Below are positions 21,212-31,735 of a stretch of 61,494 nucleotides of DNA, one piece after another (position 1 is the first letter of the stretch; the number at the start of each line of letters is the position of its first letter). Position numbers and translations under genes: made by a program. The notes beneath the pieces are model-generated. The model had not been told where the DNA came from and did not search any database. It was given only the letters and a program-made list of their open reading frames with translations. Source of the DNA: a virus (lineage: Duplodnaviria; Caudoviricetes); IMG/VR virus record IMGVR_UViG_3300030099_003489, positions 1 to 61,494 of that record; one strand, written 5' to 3'.

Positions 21212-21519
21212 TATTTTATCTCCTTTACCTTTGGAGCCTTTGACATCTTAAATGACTGTATCATTTTCTTATTGGCTTCTAGCATCAATTCTTTAGATTT
21301 GATTAGGGATTGCCTTACTGCGCTTTCTATTACCTCACTATCTGTACGGTAGTAGTTTTCTAACCCATGCTCTTTCAGATATTCTTCCATATCCATTTCT
21401 CTTCTAATGATGTCTTTTCGTAGAGTATCAACATCTGCGGCTTTAGTCATTAGTGCATTTACTTCCTCTATTGACATAATATCAGTCCACGAATACGATA
21501 GTCTCCTTCTTACCATCAA
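21211..21519 (-). CDS. Hypothetical protein (neck region)
   Basis: Translationally coupled ORF; true start is probably the MSIEE Met. Confidence 0.55.
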   Translation of the reverse strand: MMVRRRLSYSWTDIMSIEEVNALMTKAADVDTLRKDIIRREMDMEEYLKEHGLENYYRTDSEVIESAVRQSLIKSKELMLEANKKMIQSFKMSKAPKVKEIK

Positions 21520-22618
21520 TTATCTTATTCGCTTCCTCAATCAATATGTCATGTTTTGCTCGTAAGTCAATATTAGAGCCTGTCTCAGCAATTAGTATAG
21601 AGTTATCATCATGACGAATAACTTCTGCCGCTACAAATTTGGTTGCGGCATCATGAATAGAAGCAGGTACTCTAGCATCTCCAGCAACATAGGATACCTT
21701 CAAGGAATGGCTCCTACGGTATGGGTATTCTTGTCTGAATAGAACTATGCCCTCATCAGATAGTTTCCAGAAGTCTTCGTTTCTACCTTGATTCTCTATT
21801 GTGGAAAAGCCAGTTACCGTACCAAATGTAGAGGTCAAGACGTTATTCTTTCCGTCATCTCCCGGCAAGAGAGAAGTAATGCAAACAGTATCAGAATACT
21901 CTGTATCTACAGATGCATAGAAGAAATCAGACACATGGTAATTCTTGCCATTAACTACAATTGTACTGCCACTTGATGGGTCTACTGCTATGATAGATTT
22001 AGCACCATTCTCCATTGTAAATTTAGCAGTCTTTGCCGGAAACACTTCATTGATGCAATCAGCAATCTGACTTGCTGTTGTCTTAGGTCCGTAGTCATCA
22101 AAGAAATCTTGAACCGAAGATGTATTCTTCAAATCAAACCTTAACTTGGCAGGTAGCCCTACTGTCAATGATATTGTCCAATCGCTTGTTGTCGCTGTTG
22201 AGGGAACCTTTAGTTTAGCCGTCACACCTGCTAAATCTACGTATTCGCTTCCTTGCCAAGCCTCTAATCTCAATATTTTCTGTATCTTCCGATGTTGCAA
22301 TTTGATGAATCCTACGTAATCCTTCCACTCTCTAACAGGATAATGTGCCAGTCTGCCATAGTTGAAATCATGTACTTCATTATGATAAATAATAGGTCTG
22401 TAAGACATCTTGGTTTTCTCGTCTATCTTATCCTCTACTCTTTTGATTATCTTTCCTACTTCTGCCTTAGTAGGAGTTGTATTAGTGCCAAATGGGGCTA
22501 TTTGCAAGAGATTTGAGACATCTGTATGAGTAGTATAGAACCCATTACCCTCATCGTATTCTCCTGCGTTAATGTTTGTAAAATCACTAGGGGAACTAAC
22601 CTTGCCCATCTTAATCAC
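21482..22618 (-). CDS. Head-tail adaptor-like protein
   Basis: N-terminal YTTHTDV..LL...IIKRVEDKID and C-terminal VSYVAG...VPASIHDAATKFVA, the pattern of gp6/gp15-like adaptors, with a large insertion. Confidence 0.65.
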   Translation of the reverse strand: MIKMGKVSSPSDFTNINAGEYDEGNGFYTTHTDVSNLLQIAPFGTNTTPTKAEVGKIIKRVEDKIDEKTKMSYRPIIYHNEVHDFNYGRLAHYPVREWKDYVGFIKLQHRKIQKILRLEAWQGSEYVDLAGVTAKLKVPSTATTSDWTISLTVGLPAKLRFDLKNTSSVQDFFDDYGPKTTASQIADCINEVFPAKTAKFTMENGAKSIIAVDPSSGSTIVVNGKNYHVSDFFYASVDTEYSDTVCITSLLPGDDGKNNVLTSTFGTVTGFSTIENQGRNEDFWKLSDEGIVLFRQEYPYRRSHSLKVSYVAGDARVPASIHDAATKFVAAEVIRHDDNSILIAETGSNIDLRAKHDILIEEANKIIDGKKETIVFVD

Positions 22619-25001
22619 CTCTTCTGTTTCCTATTTTATCTATTAGTGATTTTAAGGTTTTGAGAGATTTATTCAATGTTAATAACAAAGTCTGATTCTT
22701 CTGTTGTAATGTTACTCTTCCTCTAGTTTTTGTTCTCTGTTGGGTAAATCTAGAAGTAGAACCTATGTCCCTTTGTAGTTCACCAGAAGGTATGGCCTTT
22801 ACTACAGCAATGTCCTGTTTGATTTGTTTGTCTATTCTTATTGCTACTACTCTTCCAGTCTGCTCAAAGTCTGCTTCGTATGGTGCAGTTTCCAAAAGAT
22901 GCTTGAATCTGTTCCAGAATCGTTGTTTGATTATCTTTATCTTTCTAACATATTGTTCTGGTGCTTCATCTGGATAATCTTGTATGTAATTTTGAAATAC
23001 TTCATCCGTAATGTAGGCTGTATCAGACATGTCAACAAGTCTAGGAGTAGTCTCATCTTCTGCATTATCAGATTCCTGACCTTCTTCCATTATGTTATCT
23101 AATTCTCTAGAATCAGACCTATAGTTACCTTCTAATTCGCTAGGATTAATATCAGTAACTTGACGTTGTTCTTCCTCTAATTCTTCGTCTATATCTGAGT
23201 CAAATACTTGTGAATACTGATAATCAGAAGCCTCTTCCAATCTTTCCTCTATTTCTCCCGGTTCTGTCTCATCTACAAATTTTTCATCAATCATGTATTC
23301 GTAGAATTTTATTGATGGTTTATCGAAATTAACTGATTCGTTATCACTAGTTATATCCTCAAGAAGTTCTCTATTCTTATTGGCTTCTACCTTTTCTTGG
23401 TCCTTTATTTGTTTACTCCTAACCTTAGTTTTTGAAGTAGTTCCTTGTGTGAAAAGATTCTTGAAAGTTAATGGGTCAGTCAAATTCTTAGTTACATTTC
23501 CAAGACTCATTTCATAATTCAAAGAGTACTCAAATATCAACACTCCTAAGTCTAATGTCATGTCTTTGGGCACTAGATATTCTTGTATCTCATAGTGATG
23601 TTCTGGTTTACTCAAGATATAACCGGACTCATCCCTTTCTCCAAAATTACCAGTTGTCTTTCTAATTGTATTTGAAATGAAAGCATCCTTGAAATTTTCA
23701 GATTGTTTCAATGAGTTCAGATAATTAATTATCTTTTTCAAATCATCGTAACTAGAATCTGGTTCATCGGTTGGCAAATCATATGTTTCTTTTTCCGCAA
23801 ATAGCCCAGTTGTTCTTATCTCACCTGATGCCTTATCTCCCATAATAGTTAATGAGTGTGTTCTAGGGTCACTAACAGTGAAATCTGTTGCCTTTGCACC
23901 ACGATAACTTTCTTTTCCATCCTGTCCCTTCTTTGGGTTTTGCACATAGTAAACATCAAAGAAACCAGATTCAGGGTCTTCCATTCTCTGAGTTTCATAC
24001 GCCATCAGTTCTTCTCTTTTGCTTTCTATTTTTCTTCTAGGAGTTCCATCTTCATTTTGTTCATTTGACGCTACATACTGTAGTCTGGGTTTTCCTTCTA
24101 TTTTGGTTCTTCTAATTCTTCTTGTCTTTTCATTTGTCTCTTTATCTGTAACTGTAGTTGACTTTAAATCCTTGAGTTTACCAAAACCATATTTCTCAAA
24201 CATCTTGTTCCAATACTCGTATGAATTAACAGTAACAACCATAGTAGGAGCATTATTGTTACCTTTTCTAGTCACACTAACGGATTGCCTGAGAATATCC
24301 TCATCTATAAGAGGACTTTCAGTAATAAAGAAGTTCATCATTTCTACTTGTCTTGACTCTTCGTCCTCCCTGCTCAATGCTGGTTTCTCTACTTGAGGTC
24401 CATAGGGTAGTCTCATTGTTCCTCTATCATAACTATAGCCAACTAATTGGCTTCTGTTTTCAATTAGTTCCTTTATGGACATATTGTCTAATGAGGGCAC
24501 ACCAGAATCAGATGATGTTATATTCATTTTTGACCTTAGATAGAACTTATCTCCATCTTCTACGTTAATCTGAAACTGTTGTTTTCTTTGCTCAAACTCT
24601 TCTCCATCTCGCACGACTTTAAATTTCTTGAGCAAGACATTCTCTCCGCCATCATCAGAATAAAGTGTCATATTTTCTATCTTATTTTGAAAATTCAATA
24701 AAGCCCTACGCCAAGCATCATTGGAAAACTTGTATTTTTCCGTATTCATTTCTGTAAATCTATGATTAAAGGTGATTCCTCGCATTGCTTTCTTAGCCTT
24801 TTTCATGGTGTTTGTTGGGTTTTGAGCCAAATCATGTAGAATGTATCCTACCATTAACTCAAAAATTCTGTTTCTTGTGTTTCCCTCTAGTAGTTCTAAG
24901 GCACTACGGTCCAATGCTCTTTCTGGAAGTGCTATTACTTCTTTGAGAGCATTAGGTATGGTGTTACCTTCCTCATCTACTAGTGGTATTCTGATGTCCA
25001 T
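22611..25001 (-). CDS. Large acidic hypothetical protein (796 aa)
   Basis: Long ORF in operon; E/D/K-rich; no recognised motif. Confidence 0.7.
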   Translation of the reverse strand: MDIRIPLVDEEGNTIPNALKEVIALPERALDRSALELLEGNTRNRIFELMVGYILHDLAQNPTNTMKKAKKAMRGITFNHRFTEMNTEKYKFSNDAWRRALLNFQNKIENMTLYSDDGGENVLLKKFKVVRDGEEFEQRKQQFQINVEDGDKFYLRSKMNITSSDSGVPSLDNMSIKELIENRSQLVGYSYDRGTMRLPYGPQVEKPALSREDEESRQVEMMNFFITESPLIDEDILRQSVSVTRKGNNNAPTMVVTVNSYEYWNKMFEKYGFGKLKDLKSTTVTDKETNEKTRRIRRTKIEGKPRLQYVASNEQNEDGTPRRKIESKREELMAYETQRMEDPESGFFDVYYVQNPKKGQDGKESYRGAKATDFTVSDPRTHSLTIMGDKASGEIRTTGLFAEKETYDLPTDEPDSSYDDLKKIINYLNSLKQSENFKDAFISNTIRKTTGNFGERDESGYILSKPEHHYEIQEYLVPKDMTLDLGVLIFEYSLNYEMSLGNVTKNLTDPLTFKNLFTQGTTSKTKVRSKQIKDQEKVEANKNRELLEDITSDNESVNFDKPSIKFYEYMIDEKFVDETEPGEIEERLEEASDYQYSQVFDSDIDEELEEEQRQVTDINPSELEGNYRSDSRELDNIMEEGQESDNAEDETTPRLVDMSDTAYITDEVFQNYIQDYPDEAPEQYVRKIKIIKQRFWNRFKHLLETAPYEADFEQTGRVVAIRIDKQIKQDIAVVKAIPSGELQRDIGSTSRFTQQRTKTRGRVTLQQKNQTLLLTLNKSLKTLKSLIDKIGNRRGD

Positions 25002-25002
25002 A

Positions 25003-25707
25003 TTATGCCAACCACTTCGCCCATGCGATACCCTTGCTCATTGCGTTTGCTAGACCAAGACCGCTTGACGGTGGGGTGTATGACATCTGACCAGTGTTAG
25101 GGTCAATCCAATACGGATTGTTCATGTTATCATAACCCGCAGGTGGTATAGGATATCCAGATTGATTATTGAAAGCCATCTGTTGTTGTTGCATCATTGC
25201 ATTCGCTTGAACAGAAGCGTTACCGCCAGTTATCATTGATGGGTCTACTCCACCGGGATTAGCAACAGGAGGTTGGCCTCCTCCTTGTGCTTGTGGAGAA
25301 GCAAAACCCTGAGATTCTAGATATTGTGCTTTAGCCATTCTTCTTTGCATTATCACTTCTGAGTTAATTGCAGAAGCAAGAAGCGTCTGTAAGTCTAGAT
25401 TTATGTTAGCCTCAGTTATTGAACCCATAGCGGCAACTGCATCTGGAGACATTGTTATGTCACCATTGTTATTTGTTACAAACGCTATTTGTGGTAACAT
25501 CTGACCCAATACCTTCTCTACAGTATCAGTCATCAACTGTGCTAGTGCGGCTAGAAACGCTTCTCCATGATACTGGAAGAAATCCTCTACGTGGTTCTCT
25601 TGCAAGGTCAACAGATTGTTCATTGTCTTGAACTGAGCCTGTTGATTACTTTGCATTGTATTCATTAAACTACTATTGCTTGTGCCAAATAATCCCATTT
25701 TATTCAC
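25003..25707 (-). CDS. Q/M/G/P-rich hypothetical protein
   Basis: 234 aa; low-complexity C-terminus ending in amphipathic KGIAWAKWLA. Confidence 0.7.
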   Translation of the reverse strand: MNKMGLFGTSNSSLMNTMQSNQQAQFKTMNNLLTLQENHVEDFFQYHGEAFLAALAQLMTDTVEKVLGQMLPQIAFVTNNNGDITMSPDAVAAMGSITEANINLDLQTLLASAINSEVIMQRRMAKAQYLESQGFASPQAQGGGQPPVANPGGVDPSMITGGNASVQANAMMQQQQMAFNNQSGYPIPPAGYDNMNNPYWIDPNTGQMSYTPPSSGLGLANAMSKGIAWAKWLA

Positions 25708-26377
25708 TTCCCTCTTCTTGTTCCTCTTCTATTCTCGCGCCTTCAGTCAATAAAACTTTCATTCTATCTCCTACTGCATTATGTTCTATGATTAATCTGA
25801 ACAACTCAGCCTCTTTAGTTTCTTCTGTTCCAGATGGAGGTTTGATTGTCCAACCCAATGCCGAGAGAGACTGTATATCTGATTCTTTCAGACTCTTTAG
25901 TGGCCCTGCTGACAACGGATTTAGCGTCTGCATAGTAGGAGCCTTTGGAATGTATGCGCTGAAAGACAGACCGTGTTCTTCTGCTAGTATCTGTTGCTCT
26001 AGCATTTCATACTGTCTGTGTATGGCGGCGTGTTTGTCACAATAAGTGCCTCTCATGGGATAGCCTTTACGTACCTTGTGTAATGGTAAAGGAGGTCTTA
26101 GATTATCACTAGCATCCCATACTTTGTGAGTACCGCATACTACACATCTATCTTTTATGTTGTATGCAAACTTGTATGGTACTTTCAGAAATGTCTTGTT
26201 TTCTGGTTTCAGCACCTTTACTATTTCTTTCAACTGTTTCTTTGGTTTTACGCTCTTGTACTCATATGTGGTAATCGGTCCAGAAGACCTTGCGGCATCT
26301 AGTTTATTCAGAAACACGGATGAAGCCGTTGGTGTTTCTGCCCCTATTAATGAGGGCATCTGGTATTGCATTGACAT
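25700..26377 (-). CDS. Hypothetical protein with putative Zn finger
   Basis: CVVC...CDKH ligand set. Confidence 0.65.
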   Translation of the reverse strand: MSMQYQMPSLIGAETPTASSVFLNKLDAARSSGPITTYEYKSVKPKKQLKEIVKVLKPENKTFLKVPYKFAYNIKDRCVVCGTHKVWDASDNLRPPLPLHKVRKGYPMRGTYCDKHAAIHRQYEMLEQQILAEEHGLSFSAYIPKAPTMQTLNPLSAGPLKSLKESDIQSLSALGWTIKPPSGTEETKEAELFRLIIEHNAVGDRMKVLLTEGARIEEEQEEGSE

Positions 26378-26389
26378 GTACTTCCCGTA

Positions 26390-27064
26390 TCAGTAGTCCT
26401 TTATCATTGTTAGGACACCCCTGTAAACCATCTCTGAGTCTGATTTAGCACTAACTATGTATTTGAAACAAGGTATTCCTTTGTCGTTTAACCTTTGCAT
26501 TCCATCTCTAAATGCAGAAAAAATTGGGTGTTTCTCTATTGGTCCATCGTAGTCATATCTGTCTTTCCACAAATCGTATTTGTTAGCCCATACTCCTACT
26601 GCTAGAGGATAGTCCGACTCTCTCTTCTTCTTTCTTTTACCGTTGGGTAGGCTCCATTCAGGTGAACAAATAGTATCTACTAGAAATGTCCAACATAACT
26701 GTTGTTCGATGTCATAGTGCTTGTTCATGTGCCTATCATCTATCATGAAAATAATGTATTTGACTCTACGACTTCTCATATCGTGTATCCAATCGTTCCA
26801 ATATGTTACTTGTCCACCGATATCAGCACTTTTTACAGTATGAGCATCACCATCTAGTTTGACATATTTCCTAGTTGCTCTACCCTTGCCGACTGTCCTT
26901 TCTCTAATATCAGGAACCTCACCTCTTGTTCTAAGTTGGTGATTCATTGTGGTTTTACCTGCTTGGGTAGCACCGTATATTCCAAAGTTAATTGCATGTA
27001 CCCTTTGGTATATTTTGTTTAGTCCCTCGACTATCAGAATAGCGAACCCTGCCATCACTGACAA
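26390..27064 (-). CDS. Small Ras/Arf-like GTPase
   Basis: G1 GATQAGKT, G2 RT, G3 DIGGQ, G4 NKYD, G5 SAK; hydrophobic N-terminal helix. Confidence 0.85.
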   Translation of the reverse strand: MSVMAGFAILIVEGLNKIYQRVHAINFGIYGATQAGKTTMNHQLRTRGEVPDIRERTVGKGRATRKYVKLDGDAHTVKSADIGGQVTYWNDWIHDMRSRRVKYIIFMIDDRHMNKHYDIEQQLCWTFLVDTICSPEWSLPNGKRKKKRESDYPLAVGVWANKYDLWKDRYDYDGPIEKHPIFSAFRDGMQRLNDKGIPCFKYIVSAKSDSEMVYRGVLTMIKDY

Positions 27065-27068
27065 GGTA

Positions 27069-27293
27069 TCACCACAGATGATTCCAGAAATCTACTGCTC
27101 CATTCCAAGCAATTGATAGAGTATTTATTCCTGCTATAGCAAATGCTTGTCCTAATACAAAACTAGTGAGAGATGCCACTCCACCCCAAAACCAGAATCT
27201 AGCCCTGAGAAACCAGATATCAGCAGAATGCGCCCTTTGTAAGTCATATGCGAGCGTAGACTCATCCATTCCGAATAGTATTTCGCTGACCAT
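27069..27293 (-). CDS. Small membrane protein
   Basis: 74 aa with hydrophobic WFWGGVASLTSFVLGQAFAIAGI segment. Confidence 0.65.
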   Translation of the reverse strand: MVSEILFGMDESTLAYDLQRAHSADIWFLRARFWFWGGVASLTSFVLGQAFAIAGINTLSIAWNGAVDFWNHLW

Positions 27294-27307
27294 ACATATT
27301 CCTCACA

Positions 27308-27727
27308 CTACTGTTCTACTGTCAAAAATGTTGGGTTAACACCTTGTGGTTCAGGTTCTAGGTTTGGTAGAGTGCTGTCACCGTATATGTTTGACATAGG
27401 ATTTGCTTGTTGGAATGACCTGATTGAATCCCTGACTCTCTTTCGGTTATCCTCTTCCCTAGCCATTCTCTGCCAATATGCGTCAATTCTTCTTTGAAGT
27501 AGCCATTCCTCTATGAAATCGTTGAGGAACAAATCAAAGAAGGCTTTGATACACATTATTCCTCCTACCGTCACTACTCCAAAGAGAAGCGCGTGTTCCA
27601 AATGTCCATAGGGAAATGAAATTCCGTATTGGGCATAGAAGAAAATATTCATTCCACTAATTGCACCAACAAATAGTATCGTCATTACTAGTCTTGTGTC
27701 TGTATCTATACTTGGCATATTACTCAC
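27308..27727 (-). CDS. Two-TM membrane protein with charged C-terminal tail
   Basis: Two hydrophobic segments (LVMTILFVGAISGMNIFFY; ALLFGVVTVGGIMCIKAFF) followed by a helical charged tail. Confidence 0.7.
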   Translation of the reverse strand: MSNMPSIDTDTRLVMTILFVGAISGMNIFFYAQYGISFPYGHLEHALLFGVVTVGGIMCIKAFFDLFLNDFIEEWLLQRRIDAYWQRMAREEDNRKRVRDSIRSFQQANPMSNIYGDSTLPNLEPEPQGVNPTFLTVEQ

Positions 27728-28026
27728 TCAAAGGTTATGGAGACTTGGCCTGTTCCTGCAATTTGAACGAATAGACCACTTCCCGCTATTGCCCCATGTG
27801 TGTCAATCTCAAAGTTGAATCCTTCTCCAGTGGAATGATTTCCTTTCGTCTGTATTCTAAACATCTCTACTTTACCAGTAGTGGTCGAATTATTAGAATC
27901 CCATATTTTAACACTGAATGTGCTACTACTACAATCCGCTATCGTAGTAGCACTTATGCTCATTAGTTTATGCTTAGATGTACATACTACTGTGCTTCCA
28001 GTAAGGACTCCACTTGTTGCTACCAT
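27724..28026 (-). CDS. Small beta-rich structural protein
   Basis: 100 aa, S/T/G-rich beta pattern. Confidence 0.6.
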   Translation of the reverse strand: MVATSGVLTGSTVVCTSKHKLMSISATTIADCSSSTFSVKIWDSNNSTTTGKVEMFRIQTKGNHSTGEGFNFEIDTHGAIAGSGLFVQIAGTGQVSITFE

Positions 28027-28028
28027 GC

Positions 28029-28499
28029 CTATGCCTCCGCTAGTCTCTCAATCAATTCTGCTTTTTTACCTTCCGTAGAAAGTCCTCTTTCCTCAAGTAG
28101 AGGTTTTAGTTGCTTTATGGTTAGTTTATCCAGTTTTGGAGGAAGAGGTTCTAACTTATCTTCCACCTCTGGTTCTGGTTCTGGTATTGCTTCCTTCTTT
28201 GGTTTGAGTTTCAATGTTGGCAGTTTCCTCTTAGCAACATTTCCACCTAGAAGTTTATCTACAACTTCATGGTAGTCCTTCAAACCAAACCACTTTACTA
28301 GTGATTTTTGTGTGGACTTTGGTGCGTTTACAATGTATTCCTTGTCGGATGCATCAAAAGTGGCTACCAAATCCTTGTGTCCGAAGACCATATCTATTAC
28401 CAACTTTGCTGGCATTTCTATTGTCTCGTCACGCCTCCACTTGTATGTTCCTCGTCCTAACTCCTTCGTTCCTATTCCTATATACTTCACTTTCGCCAT
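28029..28499 (-). CDS. SAP-domain protein (start reassigned to MAKVKY)
   Basis: C-terminal LDKLTIKQLKPLLEERGLSTEGKKAELIERL is a canonical SAP motif; GGTGA RBS before 28499. Confidence 0.8.
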   Translation of the reverse strand: MAKVKYIGIGTKELGRGTYKWRRDETIEMPAKLVIDMVFGHKDLVATFDASDKEYIVNAPKSTQKSLVKWFGLKDYHEVVDKLLGGNVAKRKLPTLKLKPKKEAIPEPEPEVEDKLEPLPPKLDKLTIKQLKPLLEERGLSTEGKKAELIERLAEA

Positions 28500-28516
28500 A
28501 GTTTCACCTGTCGTTA

Positions 28517-28555
28517 GGGGGTAGCAACCCCCTTCCTGTTGCTCTAGGAAGAGGG
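28517..28555 (-). terminator. Tandem hairpins after capsid/decoration genes
   Basis: GGGGG-tagcaa-CCCCC and CTTCCT-N8-AGGAAG stems in the intergenic region. Confidence 0.4.
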
Positions 28556-28574
28556 CCACTACTTTATGTTTTAC

Positions 28575-28952
28575 TCAGATTAAACCGTAAACACGGATTC
28601 TCAGTGTTGGCTCAAAGTTATCACCAGAGACTACTTCTGTATTAGCACCAGAAGCACCCTTGATTGCCCTTATCACGAATGATGAGGTAGAGGTAGAAGA
28701 ATCATCAGCCAACTCATATGCACCGCTTTGTACGGCTAGTTGCACATGATATGTGTGTGGCAAATCTGCCTGTCCGGTAATCATGACGGCATTGATTCTG
28801 CTCAGTCCCAATTCTGCACCTGTAACTAGAATACCGTCATCATAGTCGGTGTTTCCAGTATCCATGTCTACTACTGCGTCTACGTAGTATTCGTCACCCG
28901 ATACTTTGGGTGTGGTCATACCTTTGTGGTCTGCTAGAATGGTAATCGCCAT
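28575..28952 (-). CDS. Putative capsid decoration/minor head protein
   Basis: 125-aa beta-rich ORF directly after the MCP. Confidence 0.55.
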   Translation of the reverse strand: MAITILADHKGMTTPKVSGDEYYVDAVVDMDTGNTDYDDGILVTGAELGLSRINAVMITGQADLPHTYHVQLAVQSGAYELADDSSTSTSSFVIRAIKGASGANTEVVSGDNFEPTLRIRVYGLI

Positions 28953-28961
28953 CTAAACACC

Positions 28962-30410
28962 TCACGCACTCGTAATGTTGGTTATCTTTCCTTGTCCCTT
29001 GAAGAAGGAGCAACCAGTCTCACCGATGGTTCGGTACATGGCTTGGTTTCCTAGTTTCTTGACACCGAATGGGTTTCCACTATCAATACCATCCTCAAAG
29101 TACTGAGTAGGCTTGAGCATTGCAAGCCATAGATGGTCTGTATCTAGCATCAGTATGTCGCTTAGTTTGTTAGCGGCAGACTGTCCGGTCTGTGGCATAT
29201 CCTTGCATGGGATTAGGGGTATTCCGTAGTACGAAGCAACCCTGAAACCAACCTCAGAACCCTTGACACCCTTCACACCACCGTGTGTTGGTACTATTTC
29301 TGCGGTATCCATGAACCTCTCCTGAGACTGTAGTAGGTCCGAGATGTGCTGAATAGTATCATATCCAGTTAGCATAACCTTCGGGTTTCCACCGTTTAGC
29401 CTTATGTCGCGGATTACTGTGTTCAGAAGAGAGAGAGTTAGTGTCCTTCCCTGTGTTGAACCATATCCATCACCGAAGTTTACAACTGCATCCATGAAAG
29501 ATGGAGTTGCGGCATATCCACCGTCATTTCCAGACTGTAGGAACCTGTTTCCACTCTGTGTTTGAGTAGAGTCACCAGTTCTGTCATGAGAACCATAGAG
29601 CAGAGATAGTTTACTGTTTATGGTAGTATCAGTCGCGGAACTGTTGGTATCTTTGTCAAGGTGTATCATTCCACCTGCGTTAGCCATAGCCGCCAACTCA
29701 GCAGACGAAGAAACAACCTTCATGAGAGAAGTATAGTTCTTCTCCATCCCGTCAATACCGTTTATGTCGTAGTCCTCAAGAGGCATTAGTAGCATCTTGT
29801 TCTGCATCTCAGCATGGTGCTTTGCCATATCCTCACGGACAATAGCCCTAACATCACCTACACCGTCATCCATCTGTGCCATTTCTAGACCTAGTTCTGT
29901 GAACTCAAACATGTGAGCAACAGTCTTCGGACTCATGAACAGTTTGGTGTACTCTGGAGCAAGTGGCCTGAATCCATCGGACTCTAGAGCCGCATTCTCA
30001 CCAACACCACCAATGTGGTCTGGTCTGATGTTCTTTGCGTTAGCAGAAGTAAACGTAGAATCAAGAGCCTCGGTTCCTGTGGTAATCTTTGCACCTGAAC
30101 CACCTGCTGGCCTTGACTTTAGTATTCTCCAACCAGAAGAAGTGTAAGGTCGCTTAGAGAGCATTGCAAAAGCATTTACCTCTCTGTTTAGCATAGACCA
30201 AACTTTCTGTCCATACAGAACACCGTAAAGGTCGTTCAAACCTTCTGCGCCCGAAAACGCCGCAGACGTTACATCGTGTCCTATGCCATCGTAGTTTCCA
30301 CCGAAACCTCCAACGACACCTCCAGCCTTAAGAAGCGTATTACCGCTTCCCCCGCCAATCCCATAGGTTGCGGCTTCCAAATCTCTCATTGTCTTAATGT
30401 ATCCACTCAT
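28962..30410 (-). CDS. Major capsid protein (HK97-like)
   Basis: 482 aa directly after the protease; HK97-type segments (KTVAHMFEFTEL, NGGNPKVMLTG, YYGIPLIPCKDMP, DILMLDTDHL). Confidence 0.85.
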   Translation of the reverse strand: MSGYIKTMRDLEAATYGIGGGSGNTLLKAGGVVGGFGGNYDGIGHDVTSAAFSGAEGLNDLYGVLYGQKVWSMLNREVNAFAMLSKRPYTSSGWRILKSRPAGGSGAKITTGTEALDSTFTSANAKNIRPDHIGGVGENAALESDGFRPLAPEYTKLFMSPKTVAHMFEFTELGLEMAQMDDGVGDVRAIVREDMAKHHAEMQNKMLLMPLEDYDINGIDGMEKNYTSLMKVVSSSAELAAMANAGGMIHLDKDTNSSATDTTINSKLSLLYGSHDRTGDSTQTQSGNRFLQSGNDGGYAATPSFMDAVVNFGDGYGSTQGRTLTLSLLNTVIRDIRLNGGNPKVMLTGYDTIQHISDLLQSQERFMDTAEIVPTHGGVKGVKGSEVGFRVASYYGIPLIPCKDMPQTGQSAANKLSDILMLDTDHLWLAMLKPTQYFEDGIDSGNPFGVKKLGNQAMYRTIGETGCSFFKGQGKITNITSA

Positions 30411-30415
30411 TTACT

Positions 30416-31696
30416 TCACCTTCCCTCCGTAATTCTGTGTATGTCATCCCATGACATATCAGCCGCTTCATCTAGCGTAGTTGGGAATCCTTCTGGAAGT
30501 TCAAAAGAAACTTCCTGTGTCTTGCGAATCTCACCATCATTTTCTGATAGTGACTTTCGGAGTTCTGCAAACTCTTCCTTTAGTAGAGAAACTTCGCTCC
30601 TTGCATCGTATTCTGCTCTCTCAGCAGATTCCTTTCTTACTTCTCTCTCAGCCTCAAACCTCTCAGCAAACTGCTTTTGCAGGTCATCGTATGCAATCTT
30701 CTCCAATTGCTCTGCCTTGAAAGCCTCGTAAGCCTTCTCCACATTCTCTACAGATAAGTTCAGAGTTGAGAAGTCTCCATCCTCAAATCCCTTTAGGGCA
30801 ATTGTGGATGCCGCAGGGGTTCCGCCACTTACGACTTCTGTACCTGCTTCATTCCTTGCACCTTCTTCATCAAGAGCCGCATTCTTGTCTGATGCGCCTC
30901 CTTCTCCTTTCTTATCATCGTCAGAATCATCTTTGTCCTCTTTGGCAGTATAGTCAGCATACTCCATGCTTTCCTTGTCCTCATAGTTCATGTTCATCTC
31001 ACGGTCATCTTTTTCAGGCATTTCCATGATGTCTTTCTCATCCATACGACTCATTTCCTTTGCCATCTCATCATTTCCTTCCTTACGAATCTCATTGACT
31101 TGACCAATCAAATCATTGAGTTCAGTAAGGGCTTTTTCCAGTTTTTCACTCATTTGTCTTTCACCTCCAACATCTTGTTTCAAAATGTCGAATTTTGCTT
31201 CGGGGTTAATTCCTTTTTCACAGATTGTTACTTCATGTAGTTCTAACTTGTCTATTTCGTTGTACGTTCCTAGACTGTCAGATGTTCTGCTTTTCTTAGA
31301 AATTGCTTGCCCTCCTATACTAAATGACCTAAGTGTCCCTTTTCGGATACCTCTAGAAATCTCCTTTGCCTTTTCTATGTCATCTCTCATCTTAATGACG
31401 ACATAGAAACCAACGTCATCTACACCAGTCTTGTGTAGTATACCGTTGTTATCTCGGTAGTTTTCTATTACCTCCCCGACTTGAACATTTGAATGGTTAG
31501 ACATTACATTCCTGTATTTTTGTTCTCCCATGTATTTGTTAACTGCATCATCTAGTGCTTCTAGTGTAATCAGGTCGTTCTGCTTGTCAACAACCTCTAT
31601 TGATGCATACCCTCCGATTACTAGTCCACTTGCTGATTTTAGTATGTCAAAAAATCCTTCACCACTCTTCAATAGTATTCCCTCGGAGGCTAACAC
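30416..31696 (-). CDS. Prohead protease fused to scaffold
   Basis: N-terminal HK97-type protease (GYASIEVVDKQND, MSNH, SFSIGG, ELHEVTICEKGINPEA) followed by an acidic coiled-coil C-terminus. Confidence 0.9.
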   Translation of the reverse strand: MLASEGILLKSGEGFFDILKSASGLVIGGYASIEVVDKQNDLITLEALDDAVNKYMGEQKYRNVMSNHSNVQVGEVIENYRDNNGILHKTGVDDVGFYVVIKMRDDIEKAKEISRGIRKGTLRSFSIGGQAISKKSRTSDSLGTYNEIDKLELHEVTICEKGINPEAKFDILKQDVGGERQMSEKLEKALTELNDLIGQVNEIRKEGNDEMAKEMSRMDEKDIMEMPEKDDREMNMNYEDKESMEYADYTAKEDKDDSDDDKKGEGGASDKNAALDEEGARNEAGTEVVSGGTPAASTIALKGFEDGDFSTLNLSVENVEKAYEAFKAEQLEKIAYDDLQKQFAERFEAEREVRKESAERAEYDARSEVSLLKEEFAELRKSLSENDGEIRKTQEVSFELPEGFPTTLDEAADMSWDDIHRITEGR

Positions 31697-31735
31697 TCCC
31701 CGAAAATCTAAAGTTTTACTATATCAACGATTTGG

